A stretch of DNA of 62,941 bases, filler included, from Rozella allomycis CSF55 (Eukaryota), in assembly GCA_000442015.1 (NCBI GenBank). It is 17 parts of 17 records of this genome, joined end to end, with 100 filler letters (N's around TTAATTAATTAA, not from the genome) between each part and the next. Parts side by side here need not be neighbours in the genome. Positions count along the whole stretch, not along the records: positions 1 to 3,232 come from KE560373.1; positions 3,333 to 9,115 come from KE560377.1; positions 9,216 to 10,815 come from KE560379.1; positions 10,916 to 21,778 come from KE560380.1; 13 more parts are not named here. One strand, 5' to 3'. Within the stretch, counting starts at the first letter, position 1; the number at the start of each line of letters is the position of its first letter. The position numbers were made by a program, and so were the translations under genes. Under the pieces are notes generated by a model. The model was given only the letters and a program-made list of their open reading frames with translations. It was not told the origin of the DNA and searched no databases. Positions 1 through 12,343 of this stretch are shown piece by piece.

Positions 1-10
1 TGATGAGGTA

Positions 11-3000
11 ATGTTGATTGATCTTCCATGTCCATCTTCTGTTTCTAATTCTCCATCCATATCTAATTTAAATCGAATTAATAATCAATCATTACCTTGT
101 CAGGTCGATGCTCCAATTTCAGCATCAACTTTGGACATTTCTTTAACGCCGTCCATCTCTAAAGTCAATAAAAATCAACGCACCTCTAAGTCTATGTCTA
201 AAAGAATTTCTAAGCCTAAAGAATCTAAAAGTTCAAAATCTATTTTAAGTTATTTTAAAAAATTTACTAAATCTAAAGAGGAAGAAGTGGAAGACTTGAT
301 CGAAATTGTTTTGGATGGAAACAACTCTCAAGAGAAGCTCTCCTTCAAAGAAACTGAGTCAATCTCCTGGAATCATTCTTCTAGGAGATCAACTAATTAT
401 GATATTATTGCTGTTGGTTCTTCTTCAAATGTTCCCGACATTCATTCTCCACATGATATCTCCTTGGAGGGCTTTTCAAATGTTGCTTCGTCCGATAGTT
501 CATCCCTAGCTAAAAGATCCCTGACAATGGCTTGTAATGCCTTTCCAAACGAACTTAAAGCTCCTTCAGTTGTGCCCTACTTAAATGTTCATCCAAAGGA
601 TTACCGTCCAGATGACTCCAAGCCATGTTGCTCAACTGTTCCTCGAGTATCTGACAACGCAGGATCTATTCCAAAATATTTCGTTCAAAATGGCCTCTCA
701 AATGGCTCTGCTGAGGCAAAGAATTCTCCAGAGCATGTTACCACCAAGGTGGACAGCCGAGTCCTTAAAAAACCATTAGAACAAATTTCTAACTTCAAGA
801 CTGTAAGCATTTTATGCGGAACTAATGTTACTTTTCCTCCTGAGGACATCACTCCAGATATGGAAATTTCTAAAGGCATGAGTCATAATATGATAAATGA
901 AAATGAAGATAAAAACAAAATTGGTAAACCAAGAGATAGAGGAGATGAAAAATATTTTATTATTCCTGTTTCTGATCCTATCCATGACGAAACGAATCTA
1001 TTTTCAGTAGCAACGAATAATGATCAACAACAGATAATATTGAATGATATTAATTTGAACCTTTCTTCCTTTAAAAATGCTTCCTTAAACATTTCGCGAT
1101 TTGATCAATTTTCCACCCAAGACGAAGATAAAATGCTCTCTGGAACATCACTGTCCACGCCACCAATTTATCCATTTTGTCCAGACGGATTCAACCATCC
1201 TTGCATTGATCATTCTACCTGCGCACCTGAATTTTGCCCATCGCAAAAGATCAGTGAAAATTTGAAACTTCAACTTTCTTTACAGTATTCTTTAGGTGAA
1301 TTTAAAATTGAACCTAACTTAAATCATGAAAGCTCTTTACGACACCAACCCGATAATATCATTGTAAGAATGGAAACAACGACAACGCAATCATCCGGAG
1401 TTCCTCCTTTCTTTAAGAAGTCTGATCAGAAATCTCTAATTAAACAACATATCTCATTACCTGAAAAACGCGAAAACGATCAATCTTCGAACATGGAAAA
1501 GTCCACGACTCCATCATCTGTTAATCATCTTTCAAAATCTAGATTAAATCAAAATTACACACTACCAGAAATGGATCACAATTGCCAATTGAAAAGCATC
1601 ACTTCAAGTATAAAGATTCGGGAAAATGAAGTCTCAAATGTTGGGTCGAAGGTCAGTAATTGTATCTATGAACTTGGTGATGGAGGGAATCAAGACTCTT
1701 CTAAAACTGTCGATCCGAGTATGAATCCCTCAGAAATGCAATCTTCCGTAAGTTCTTCTCAACTAACAAAATCTAAATCAAAATATGGAAACTCCTTACC
1801 ATTATTTACAACAGAAGAAGGTACTTCGGAAACTATGGTCCCAAATTTGGACATTCGGAGGATTAAAACTCTTGGAAATCATATTTCTTCAAAACCACAT
1901 TGTTCTAAATCTAAAATGAAATTTAAATGGGCACTACCTGCAGTTAACAAAGATCTTACTGCCGAAAGTACATCTGCTATGGATCTTCTTCCAAATTTTC
2001 TTCATTCTAAATCTAAATCTAAATTAAAAAATTCTTTTTCTTTACCCAAAGTCACTTCAAACATTGAAATGGTGGTAGACAAAGGATGCAAATCAGAAAA
2101 TAGGATTTCGAATATGAGTCAAGCATCTCAGCATCTCTCTGCTCCCCGCAACAGTTCTAAGCCTATGTTAAATCCTATTAACTCTTTACCTGAAGTAAGC
2201 AACATTCTGAACTCGAATCAACTTTCCTCAGATTCTTCTTTTGCCAATTTGTCTCTTTCAAATATATCTACGTCAAAATCAAAGAATACAGAACCAGAGT
2301 TAAACAAAGGCATCTTTCACCAACCTCTGGTCGAAAAGAAGAAAATGAAATTTCTTAAAACTTCCTCGTTAAATAAAGGAGTTTCCCATTTAAAATGGGG
2401 AAAAAGGAAACATAACTTCAACTCTAAAATGTTCATTAATTACTTTAAGTCTGAGAAAGAATTTGAGAGTGGAGAGGGAGGTGGAACTCCTTCTAGTGAG
2501 CTGAGAGGTGATGAGGGATGGGAACAGTATAGAAGGGAAGAGAGACCGACCATAGACAAAGAAATAGAAAAAACTTTTATAGAGATAGAAGATAGAACAA
2601 ATAATTTAGATGATTTCATCGCCCTATCTAAAAGAGCTAAGGGAAACTCTGATGAGAGGAGAGTACATGATGAAGACAAGAATAGAATTGACAAAACAGG
2701 GATGAATGAAGAAAGAAAAAAGGATGACTGCAGACTTACCAGGCAGTGCAAGGATATTGAGATCGAGAATGGGAAGTGGGAAATAAGGCATATAATGGAA
2801 ATAGATGGCAATATAGATCAAAGAGTCCAAAGAAAGCTTGTAGAAGAGATAAATGAGCGAGGAAATGTACCTGGGGGTTTAGAAGAGTTAACTGTATCGA
2901 AATTTAAAGAGGGGGGAGTAACGGGAAAAGATAATGAAAAGGGTGGAGTAAATGTGGAAAAAATATTTGGATTTATAGAAGCTGGAAAAATAAAAGAAAT

Positions 3001-3232
3001 AAAGGAGGGAGGAGTAATGGGAGAAAATGATAAAAAGGGAGGTGCATATGAGTTCAAATTAAAGATGTTTGCCAACGAAACAGAAACAGAAGAGGGAGGT
3101 GTAAATGGAAAAGTAAAAGCAATAAAAGAGGGAGGTGTATTGGGTGATTGGTATAATGAGGGAGGCGTAAATGAGAACAAAATTGCAGTAAGTAAGGGAG
3201 GTGTAACGAGTGATGGACATTATGCAAGAGGC
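11..3232 (+). CDS. Large low-complexity hypothetical protein (Ser/Asn/Lys-rich N-terminal part, Glu/Lys/Gly-rich C-terminal part with EGGV repeats); truncated at contig end
   Basis: Uninterrupted ORF of over 1070 codons in AT-rich DNA; no recognisable domain; start uncertain. Confidence 0.6.
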
Positions 3233-3332
3233 NNNNNNNNNNNNNNNNNNNNNNNNNNNNNNNNNNNNNNNNNNNNTTAATTAATTAANNNNNNNNNNNN
3301 NNNNNNNNNNNNNNNNNNNNNNNNNNNNNNNN
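3233..3332. other. Artificial contig-joining linker N44-TTAATTAATTAA-N44 (stops in all six frames); recurs at about 9116, 10816, 21779, 25020, 26402, 32587, 34279, 36078, 44902, 47120, 48417, 50099, 52221, 56300, 61183
   Basis: Identical 12-mer between identical N runs each time; flanking sequences are unrelated. Confidence 0.98.
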
Positions 3333-3596
3333 TTTGGCAAACTCCCGAAAGCGAATATGAAGATTTGAAATTTATTTCTCCAACATCTAGAACCCGACCC
3401 AATCCGCAAATTATACCCTAGTTTAGGTGGCTGGCATCTGAACCATTTTGTTTCATGTTTTATGTCAAATTTTATGAATATGATTATATCAGTAAATCAT
3501 TATTGCATTGACTATTACTATAATCAGTTATGAATTCATATAGTTACTATATAGAATTTATAACAGCCTAGTACATTCCAATGATAAACGATCATA

Positions 3597-5994
3597 CCGT
3601 ATTTGCCGATGTCGTAGGCCGGTCGACGCTTAGTCCAAAAATCTCCCTAAGCCACAAAAATCTGTAAAGCTGCAGTGTAAGTCCAGATGGTAAAAACACT
3701 TCTATATGGCTTCAAACACCACAGCAACGGCAGAATTTGTGACTCTTGTGCACGAAAACAAAAAAAGGCGTTTGGAGAGAATCTACAAGTGGGTGACACA
3801 ATAGTTTTTAGAAATGCCACAAATATGTTAGCTAACGGAGACATTTATTTATTAATTTTAGGACTTTTTGAATCTGAAGAGCTTGCAGTGTTTGCAGTGA
3901 GGCTGGAAAACAAAAANATAGTTTTTTGAAAGGCCACAAATATTTTAGCTAACGGAGAAACTTTAAATGATTTAAACTTTAAATCATAATTATTAATTAA
4001 TTTAAGGTTGTTTTGAATCTGAGGAGCTTGCAGTGTTTGCAGTGAGGCTGGAAAACAAAAATGGGGTGCAATCTGAAACATGTAGAATAGGATTTTACCA
4101 AAAGAATTAATTAAAAAGCATTCACATATTTATGGCATGACGCGGATTGTTGCTCAGATAAGGGATAAAAGCCCCAATCCATTCGTTAGACAACAAGCGT
4201 ACTCAAAGTTTGGAATTGCTGAAATAAATTCAAATATTTAAATAATAATAAATAAATAATTTTATTGTTTTAAATTNCGGTTTTGAAAAAGAATTGAATG
4301 TTGTGGATTTTGAAACTGATAGCCAAGCCTTTTGTAGCCAATTACAAACAAGAACTCTATCTGATTTAATTAATGTCGTTGGTCGATTTTCATTTCTAGC
4401 TTTATTGTATTCTTCAAAGGCCCATAAGGACCACATTTCCGAGAGTTTTGCCTTTNTTAATGTTTTTGGTCGATTTTCATGTCAAGCTTTATTGTATTCT
4501 TCAAAGGCCCATAAGGTCCACATTTCCGAGAGTTTTGGCTTTAAGGGTCCATTCACTCCTTCATCCATGGCTGCAAGAATGATGCGCAGTTTGGCGGCAC
4601 TGTATGCCGATTGGTCGTTAATTCGCACATTTCATTAAACTTTTGGTTTTCTTTATGTGGCTTAAATCCATCAACAAAAGTGTAAAAAAAATTGTTGGAT
4701 TGACATTGATGTATGGTTGGTTCAATAACCTTTTAAAAATAAAATATTTTATTACCTTTTTAAACCAACTTTCAAAAATATCTCCATCGAACCACCCCTT
4801 GGCTTGGGTGTCCAAAAAGACGTGATCTGGGTATCCAAAGTCCAAAGAATTTCTTATTTCATGTGCTACCGTATTGAGTCCTGCTCTTTCATTTTNTAAT
4901 GAAGATATTTCTTATAAAATTTATTTTTGACTCCAATCAAAGCAAATAAATGAGCCTGTGTTTGGAAAATACCCCTGTCATGACAGAACATCAAAAGAAC
5001 GAGTTTCAAAATTGNGCTTGGGTGTGCACAAAGACTTGATCAGGGTATCCAAAGTCCACAGAATTTCTTATTTCATGTGCTACCGTATTGAGTCCTGCTC
5101 TTTCATTTTCCAAATATCTACGGCCATTAAACACACAATATAAAGGCAATTTATCGCCGTTGTTGCAAATAGTACACATTGCTGTCATACGGTTTTTCAT
5201 TGATCCCATTGTGAGAGATCGGGGATTTTAGCTCCAAATCACTTAATAATGTTTTTAAATAAATATTATAATTTCTCCTGTATTCGTCTAAATCAACTTG
5301 GTGATTAGTTCTAATATGACCGGTCACTCTTCGCCTCACAAAGTTATTTTTCGCCAGCAAACGCCTCAATCGCGAGCGAATNTACTCTTCGCCTCACAAA
5401 GTTATATTTCGCCACCAAACGCCTCAATCGCGAGCGAATATATTCATGGGTTTTATCGCGACATTGTTCTGGAAAGTGAAAGTCGCTCCTGACAATTTTG
5501 ATAAGGTTGGTCACACTGAGAGGAATTAATGATGATCGTAAGTCTTCAACAATTGTATCGATTTGTTCGTTGATGTCATCGGGCAAAGGAGTTTGTGAGC
5601 CTCCGTGAAATGTTTTCTTTGTTCTCTTTTTCTCTGCAGTAACATAACTATCTTCCATTGTCGCCACCTACGATTGTTACGGTAGGGAACACTAGCCAAC
5701 GAAATTTTGTCTTCTGCACTTCTTAAGTGATACGGTGTCTTATAAACACTCACAAGTTTAAGTTTTTCTTGAAAAGAATAATGTCTGCGGTGCTGTTTTT
5801 GAGACGCAATCATGTAATTTTTTTACAAGAAAATTACAGAATTTGTTTGTAAATAACTTTCTAGAAATTTCTGTAAATTTATTAGTCTTGGACTGCAGCA
5901 TACGAGACTTCTATGCTGCAGTCCAAGACCAGGACCCTAGCAGAACCCTGGAATTTTGGTACAAAGCCACCGGCTTAGACACCAACCACTACGG
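3597..5994 (-). mobile_element. Tc1/mariner-superfamily pogo-type (DD35D) DNA transposon, degenerate; composite of N-joined fragments
   Basis: TA|CCGTATTTGCCGATGTCGTAGGCCGG at 3595-3622 and an imperfect inverted partner CCGGCTTAGACACCAACCACTACGG|TA at 5970-5996. Transposase motifs: RRHYSFQEKL HTH, KNRMTAMCTICNNGDKLPLYCVF, KGWFDGDIFESW, FVDGFKPH, VPPNCASFLQP(M)DEGVNGPLK, WLQKAW. Frameshifts present. Confidence 0.88.
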
Positions 5995-6254
5995 TACGTG
6001 AACCAATTCTAATATTTCCATTCGCCACTTCTATTAAATCTTTAACTTCTAATATATTATGCTCTTTTAAGATATTAAATTTTCTTATAGAACCCTCCAA
6101 AAAATCCATAGTCATTGTAAGAGGTAGCATCATTGATTGATGGAGATTCATATCCTGGAAGTTCAATGAAAATTCAATATTCATTTCATATAAAATGGAA
6201 AATATTGATTTATAAAAAGAGTTGTTAAAATTTAATCTCATTTTATTAAATATN

Positions 6255-6412
6255 GAATAACTTTCTAGAAATTTCTGTAAATTTATTATTTAATTATAAT
6301 AGGTTTTGGACTGCAGCTTACGAGACTTCTATGCTGCAGTCCAAGACCAGGACCCTAGCAGAACCCTGGAATTTTGGTACAAAGCCACCGGCTTAGACAC
6401 CGCCCACTACGG
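6255..6412 (-). mobile_element. Second 5' end (subterminal region plus TIR) of the pogo element at a different insertion site
   Basis: Matches about 5850-5994 up to ...CTACGG|TA (TA at 6413-6414), then a different flank. Confidence 0.85.
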
Positions 6413-6620
6413 TAATATGAATTATTCCTAAATTTATCTATACGTGAATTAGTCAGTGCGTGCCTGGGCGAGAGATAAATGTGTACTGTTACCGCCTTTG
6501 CTGGGCTGTCTATGTCTAGATTCATGTTGAGCCGAATATTTTTCTCTGATTGCCAGGAGTGTCGCNATAAATAGGCACTGTCCAAGTAGTGATGGATGTT
6601 GACTTTGAGCCTGAGAACTA

Positions 6621-7830
6621 CCTCTTAAATAAATATTATAATTTCTCTTGTATTCGTCTAAATCAACTTGGTGATTAGGTCTAATATGACCGGTCACTCT
6701 TCGCCTCACAAAGTTATTTTTCGCCAGCAAACGCCTCAATCGCGAGCGAATACATTCGTGGGTTTTATCGCGACATTGTTCTGGAAATTCGCTCCTGACA
6801 ATTTTGATAAGGTTGGTCACACTGATAGGAAGAGTAATGTCTGCGGTGCTTTTTTGGGACGCAATCATGTAATTTTTTTACAAGAAAATTACAGAATTTG
6901 TTTGTAAATAACTTTCTAGAAATTTCTGTAANATACGGTTATTCATTGATCCCATTGTGAGAGATCGGGAATGTTTTTTCTCCGCTTTTAGCCATTGTAA
7001 ATTTGGGAACATTTTCTAAAAATATGGCTGTTTGGTCACTAACGAAATTCCAGAAAATATATTACGCATTAATAATGACTATATTTTCATTTCTAATGGA
7101 GTTCAAAAGCTCCAAATCACTTAATAATGTTTTTAAATAAATACTATAATTTCTCTTGTATTCGTCTAAATCAACTTGGTGATTAGGTCTAATATGACCG
7201 GTTACTCTTCGCCTCACAAAGTTATATTTCGCCACCAAACGCCTCAATCGCGAGCGAATATATTCTAGGTTTTATCGCGACATTGTTCTGGAAAGTGAAA
7301 GTCGCTCCTGACAATTTTGATAAGGTTGGTCACACTGAGAGGAATTAATGATGATCGTAAGTCTTCAACAATTGTAACAATTTTTTCGTTGATGTCATCG
7401 GGCAAAGCAGTTTTTGAGCCTCCGTGAAATGTTTTCTTTGTTCTTTTTTTCTCTGCAGTAACATAACTATCTTCCATTTGTCGCCACCTGCGAATGTTAC
7501 GAGAGGGAACACTAGCCAACGAAATGTTGTCTTCTTCACTTCTTAAGTGATAAGGTGTCTTATAAATACTCACAAGTTTAAGTTTTTCTTGAAAAGAGTA
7601 ATGTCTGCGGTGCTGTTTTTGAGACGCAATCATGTAATTTTTTTACAAAGAAAATTACAGAATTTGTTTGTAAATAACTTTCTAGAAATTTCTGTAAATT
7701 TTATTATTTATTTATAATAGGTTTTGGACGGCAGCTTACGAGGCTTCTATGCTGCAGTCCAAGACCAGGACCCTAGCAGAACCCTGGAATTTTGGTACAA
7801 AGCCACCGGCTTAGACACCGACCACTACGG
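6621..7830 (-). mobile_element. Further pogo copies (transposase N-terminal half plus 5' TIR) inserted at a TA in a copy of the NTPase gene
   Basis: ORFs 7265-7633 and 7062-7247; first catalytic motif INA-DQT is restored by a 27-nt intron (7039-7065); TIR 7806-7830 followed by TA and NTPase coding sequence; N join at 6932. Confidence 0.85.
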
Positions 7831-7973
7831 TACTCGGTACCCCTTGAACTTCAGTTTATTTAACCAAACGGAATACCAAAGGTTCTACTTGGACGCACTG
7901 AACAACTAAAGTCTATTGATGCATTTATGAAATTGTCCAATGANTTGAATAATAAATAGGTACTGTCCAAGTA

Positions 7974-9017
7974 GTGATGGATGTTGATTTTAAGCCTGAG
8001 AACTACTCGGTACCCCTTGAACTTCAGTTTATTCAACCAAATGGGATACCAAAGGTTCTACTTGGGCGCACTGAACAACTAAAGTCTATTGATGCATTTA
8101 TGAAATTGTCCAATGATAAGACACGTGTGATATCGATGGGTTCTACTCGGGGAATGGGAAAGACGACCATGTGCAAGTATATGGCGACAAAGCATGAGAA
8201 CAATCCATTGAAGGCTGCTAGAGACGTTGGGAGGTTGATTGTCTATGAGATGAAGAAGTATACTCGAGGGGATCCACTACTTCTTTGGAGAGACTTAATT
8301 GTGCACCATCTCTGTTACATTTTCCGAGGCTGCACAGTTGATGGAATCAACTTTCGTGAGTTGACTATGAACAAGATTGCCAATGGAGAAGCCCATGGAG
8401 CGCATTATACGCTTGTTACTTGGATTGGGAATGTAATGACAGATACAGATACAAGCATAAACGAGTTGATTCGACTGACGAATATTGCCTTTGGCGTACA
8501 GTCAAATGCCAAACCTGTGTTTATCCTTGATGAAGTTCAAACATTTCTTGGAGTAGTTTCATTCAATCGAGATACATTGCATGAGGATAGATCTATAACT
8601 ACAGAAGTCGTTCAGAGAACTCAACTTCACGTGCTTTGACCAAACTCCCTGCCAACTGCTATGCTATTGTTGCTGGGATCGTTGATGGAAATCTAAAGCT
8701 GATTCAAGATGGGACCGATTTCATTGTGAGAAATATTTATCTTTCACCACTTTCAATGCTGGAAAGGTTTGACTATGGCAAAGCAGAGAAGACTGACAAT
8801 GATCCATGGCCTGATTCGTTTGAGGAATTTTGTGAGGACTACACATTGATGAGCCTCATGTCCTTGACGTATGGCGTTCCCCGAATGTGCATGATCGCAG
8901 TGACGAATGTGTATTGGGAACACAGCAAGAAGCTATTGACAGATCTTATTGGCACCTACACGACTCTGATTGAATTAAGTTACTCTGACTCTTTTAGGAC
9001 TATTAATGAAATGGAAA
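7974..9017 (+). CDS. P-loop NTPase (STAND/AAA+-like, resembles Crinkler/RHS-type effector NTPases); frameshift near 8637, possibly a pseudogene; partial
   Basis: LLGRTEQL pre-P-loop motif, Walker A GSTRGMGKT, Walker B VFILDEVQ, downstream LTYGVPR (GxP-like) motif in the shifted frame. Confidence 0.75.
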
Positions 9018-9115
9018 CAGTGGTGGCAGAGTTGGCAACCCATAGTTGGCAACACTATATTGGCAACCATGGTTGCCAACTCTCAATAAATTTGCAACCC
9101 GAATTGCAACCTCCA
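9018..9115. repeat. Cluster of TTGGCAAC/GTTGCCAA motifs starting with CAGTGGTGGC; probable hAT-like transposon end
   Basis: Six (T)TG(G)CAAC-type units in both orientations; 20-bp palindrome 9060-9079; 13-bp inverted pair 9028-9040/9071-9083. Confidence 0.5.
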
Positions 9116-9665
9116 NNNNNNNNNNNNNNNNNNNNNNNNNNNNNNNNNNNNNNNNNNNNTTAATTAATTAANNNNNNNNNNNNNNNNNNNNNNNNNNNNN
9201 NNNNNNNNNNNNNNNTGAGTTCCTTTAAATATGGGTGCTATTGATGCTTCCATACTTGCCAAACGGTGATCAAATCCATTTAGTATAGCCATTATTTCGC
9301 TATTTCCCTTTTCAGATTTGTTAAGACATTCTTCTATCCTCTCAATATCAGTTTTGAGAACACTACTCTCACTTCTTTTACAGAAATGTTGTTTAACTTA
9401 CACCATGTTTGAAATTTCGGAACGCAATTTAGGTTCCTCATGTAGATCATATAGCAGTATTATGGACAATTGAACAAAAACGTATGTCGTACGGTATAAT
9501 TTTATATTGTATATTTTTATTCATCAATTTTGATGGCAGAACAGGACATTCCGCAAGAACNCGAAATTTCGGAACGCAATTTAGGTCCCTAATATCAAAT
9601 GGCAGAATTATGGACAATTTAAAAAATACATATGCTGTGCGGTATACTTTTTATATTAAATATTT

Positions 9666-10715
9666 TTATTCATCAATTTTGATGGCAGAACAAGACATTC
9701 CGCAAGAACAAGAACATTCGATTACTTTTCGCATTTTATCCAAACGAAAATGAGCATATTTAGTTGAAATAACCTTTTCAGAATCAAATAATTCGTATGC
9801 AGGTTGGAATCTTGACACAAATTCAAGGACCTGTTCATCTGACATACCAGACCCTTTTGAATTAATTAATTGATGCTCTTGTTGTAATCTCCATTCGAAG
9901 GCATATGATATTTCTGCTTTGAACTTGATTTCACAGTCACAGAAGCAAGATATTGACCGGGAAAATGTCATGAAATGTTCCTGGATGATGTTTATCGAGT
10001 GTGGATCCAAAAGGCCCGAATTACGATTAATATCCACACCATTATACAATACACACCACCCCTCCAAAATTACTGTTTTGATCTTGGATAAATCAATATC
10101 TCTCCAGGTCGATAATCGATCNATTTGAACCTGATTTCACAGTCACAGAAGGAAGATATTGACCTGGAAAAGGACATAAAATGTTCCTGGATGATCTCTG
10201 TCGAGTGTGGATCCAAAAGGTCCGAATTATGGGCCATATCCGCACCATTATACAATACACACCATCCTTCCAAAATGACTGTTTTGATCTTGGATAAATC
10301 AATATCTCTCCAGGTCGATAATCGATCACCTAGCCCTCCATGAAGTGACTTGTCAAATACGGGTACTTGAATTAGCAGGTTTTTTTCCTCTTTAATCTTT
10401 CCCAATGTCAATGACAATAGCGCAACATCAATGGTTTCTGGATAGCCCCTTGTTTTGTAGCATGTTAGTCCTCTATATTTTTTGAATACTTCCTGCATTT
10501 CATTAAAGGGCAAATAAAAATCATCTAATGAAAGTACCATAGTCGACTCATTAGACAATTGATGTGCTATTGTAGTTTTCCCTGAGCCTTCATTTTGGTA
10601 GCTCATATTCAATACCTTGAATCCCTTGAAGAAAAACAATTAAAATGCCAAAATCTTTTTTCCAAAGATTCAAATGTCGAGCAATTATGCCTATTTTGTC
10701 TTCATTCAAAGTCAT
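9666..10715 (-). CDS. TDA10: D-glycerate 3-kinase-like / uridine-kinase-family P-loop kinase (yeast Tda10/YGR205W type)
   Basis: A 28-nt intron (10588-10615) restores GIQGSGKT; SLDDFYL, RGYPETID, VPVFDKSLHGGLGDR, ILEGW, WRLQQEH, GMSDEQV motifs; internal haplotype duplication at N 10122. Confidence 0.88.
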
Positions 10716-10915
10716 AAAGTAGGTGGCTTGGAAATATGTTTTTTGACTTGAACGTTATTTGGGACCAAAAGCAAAGTATTATTGAAAAAAGAGGCATTTT
10801 AGAGAATCTATACAANNNNNNNNNNNNNNNNNNNNNNNNNNNNNNNNNNNNNNNNNNNNTTAATTAATTAANNNNNNNNNNNNNNNNNNNNNNNNNNNNN
10901 NNNNNNNNNNNNNNN

Positions 10916-11778
10916 CATGACTGAATTCTTTCGCTTTTTGGAATTTAACAGTCGTAGAGCTACATTCATCATTACAGTCTTAATTACTCATTGCAAACTA
11001 AATGGGTGTTTTCTGGCGAAAATGTACCAGTGTAAGTCGCACCCATCTCATTTATCATGAATTTTATTCGTTCTCTTGCCATTCCTGTGTAATTTGATAT
11101 AGAAATTATCAGCTTGTCCGCGTTTGGAATAATTTCGCCTCTCTTGGGATACATATGAATATGCATCTTTGGATCATGTTTAACACCATCTCTTAGAACA
11201 TCAAATATCCAAAAAGTGCTGACGACCGTTTTCCCACTTTGTAATGCCTTTCATGAAAATGATGTGTTAAAAATACCCTCTCGTAGTTAGTATCCAATCT
11301 AGAATCACATAAAACATGTGTGCTCGAATCAAAATCGTAAACAATTTGGCCTCCTTGACTTTCGATTGATTCTTGAACCACCCTTTTATCCTTGAAATTA
11401 TCCCAATGATTAGAAAACAAAAAACATCCTTTTAGTATATCCCTCTTTGGTGCCAATAGATTATTGTTAATTCCAGCTTAAATAACATCGATGAAAACTG
11501 TTTACAGGTAGGTTCAAAATTGTAGAAACTGGTATCTAACAGCATCTCCACACTGATAGAGTCTTCAATCCATCGAAAAGACACTACTTTGGCGTTTCTA
11601 TGTCTTTCCAAAGGATTCGTTGTGATTATATGGGTGGCATCCTCTTTCATCATAATCACACTTCCCTTTAGTGTCTTAACTTGTTCTTCCAACATCCTTC
11701 GCTTTATTTTATCCTTTATTATGTTGCTAATAATTGTACAATATCATCACAAAAGTAAAAATAACAATTCTCGAACAT
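10916..11778 (-). CDS. Multi-BRCT DNA-damage scaffold (Brc1/Rtt107/PTIP-like), N-terminal part, several micro-introns
   Basis: Three BRCT repeats: ATHIIT...RWIEDSI, GGQIV...STHVLC, ISISNYTGMARERIKFMINEMGATYT...NTHLVC. Confidence 0.82.
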
Positions 11779-12343
11779 TTTAGTTTCAACTATGCCACGG
11801 TTTGTACAGAGTTATTGCGTTCCGGATAGTATTATTGTTTAAAGTTTAAACCAAACTCTCATAACTCATTCCATTATATTCCCTGTCAACAGTGATTATG
11901 ACAATTTACACTAACGTCATTCAGAGAATGAAACACGGACACTTACAAATTACAATGAAGACATTAAATTGAAGAACTTGTTAATTAATGTTAAGTTAAG
12001 CATTAGAATCTAAGTATCTTTATAAGTAAATAAAGTTATTTCCAATTTGTGATTTGTCTCGAAATTTGGACTGTCAAGCTGGTTAAATATGAGCTATCAG
12101 CTATTGAGATTAAATCATTTATGCGGGAAATAAATGGTTGAAATTTAAAATAAGGGCTCAATAAGGCTTTGACGACCTTTTTGTGTTTTTAAAAAGATCG
12201 AAATGTAATTGTTAAATTGTATTATTCTTTCGGCTGTAATTTATCAACTCCAGTCGTGACAAAGAATTTCGAGGCTGAGTATTGCAATTAGCGAATTTGG
12301 CATGCGGCACGTGTACCTTTAATAATTTTCACAAAATTTTCAT

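Noticed and set aside
3277-3288. Recurrent TTAATTAATTAA palindrome as a biological repeat or CRISPR-like array
   Set aside because: Always embedded in identical N runs between unrelated contigs; it is an artificial six-frame-stop linker. No repeat-spacer array or cas gene is visible.
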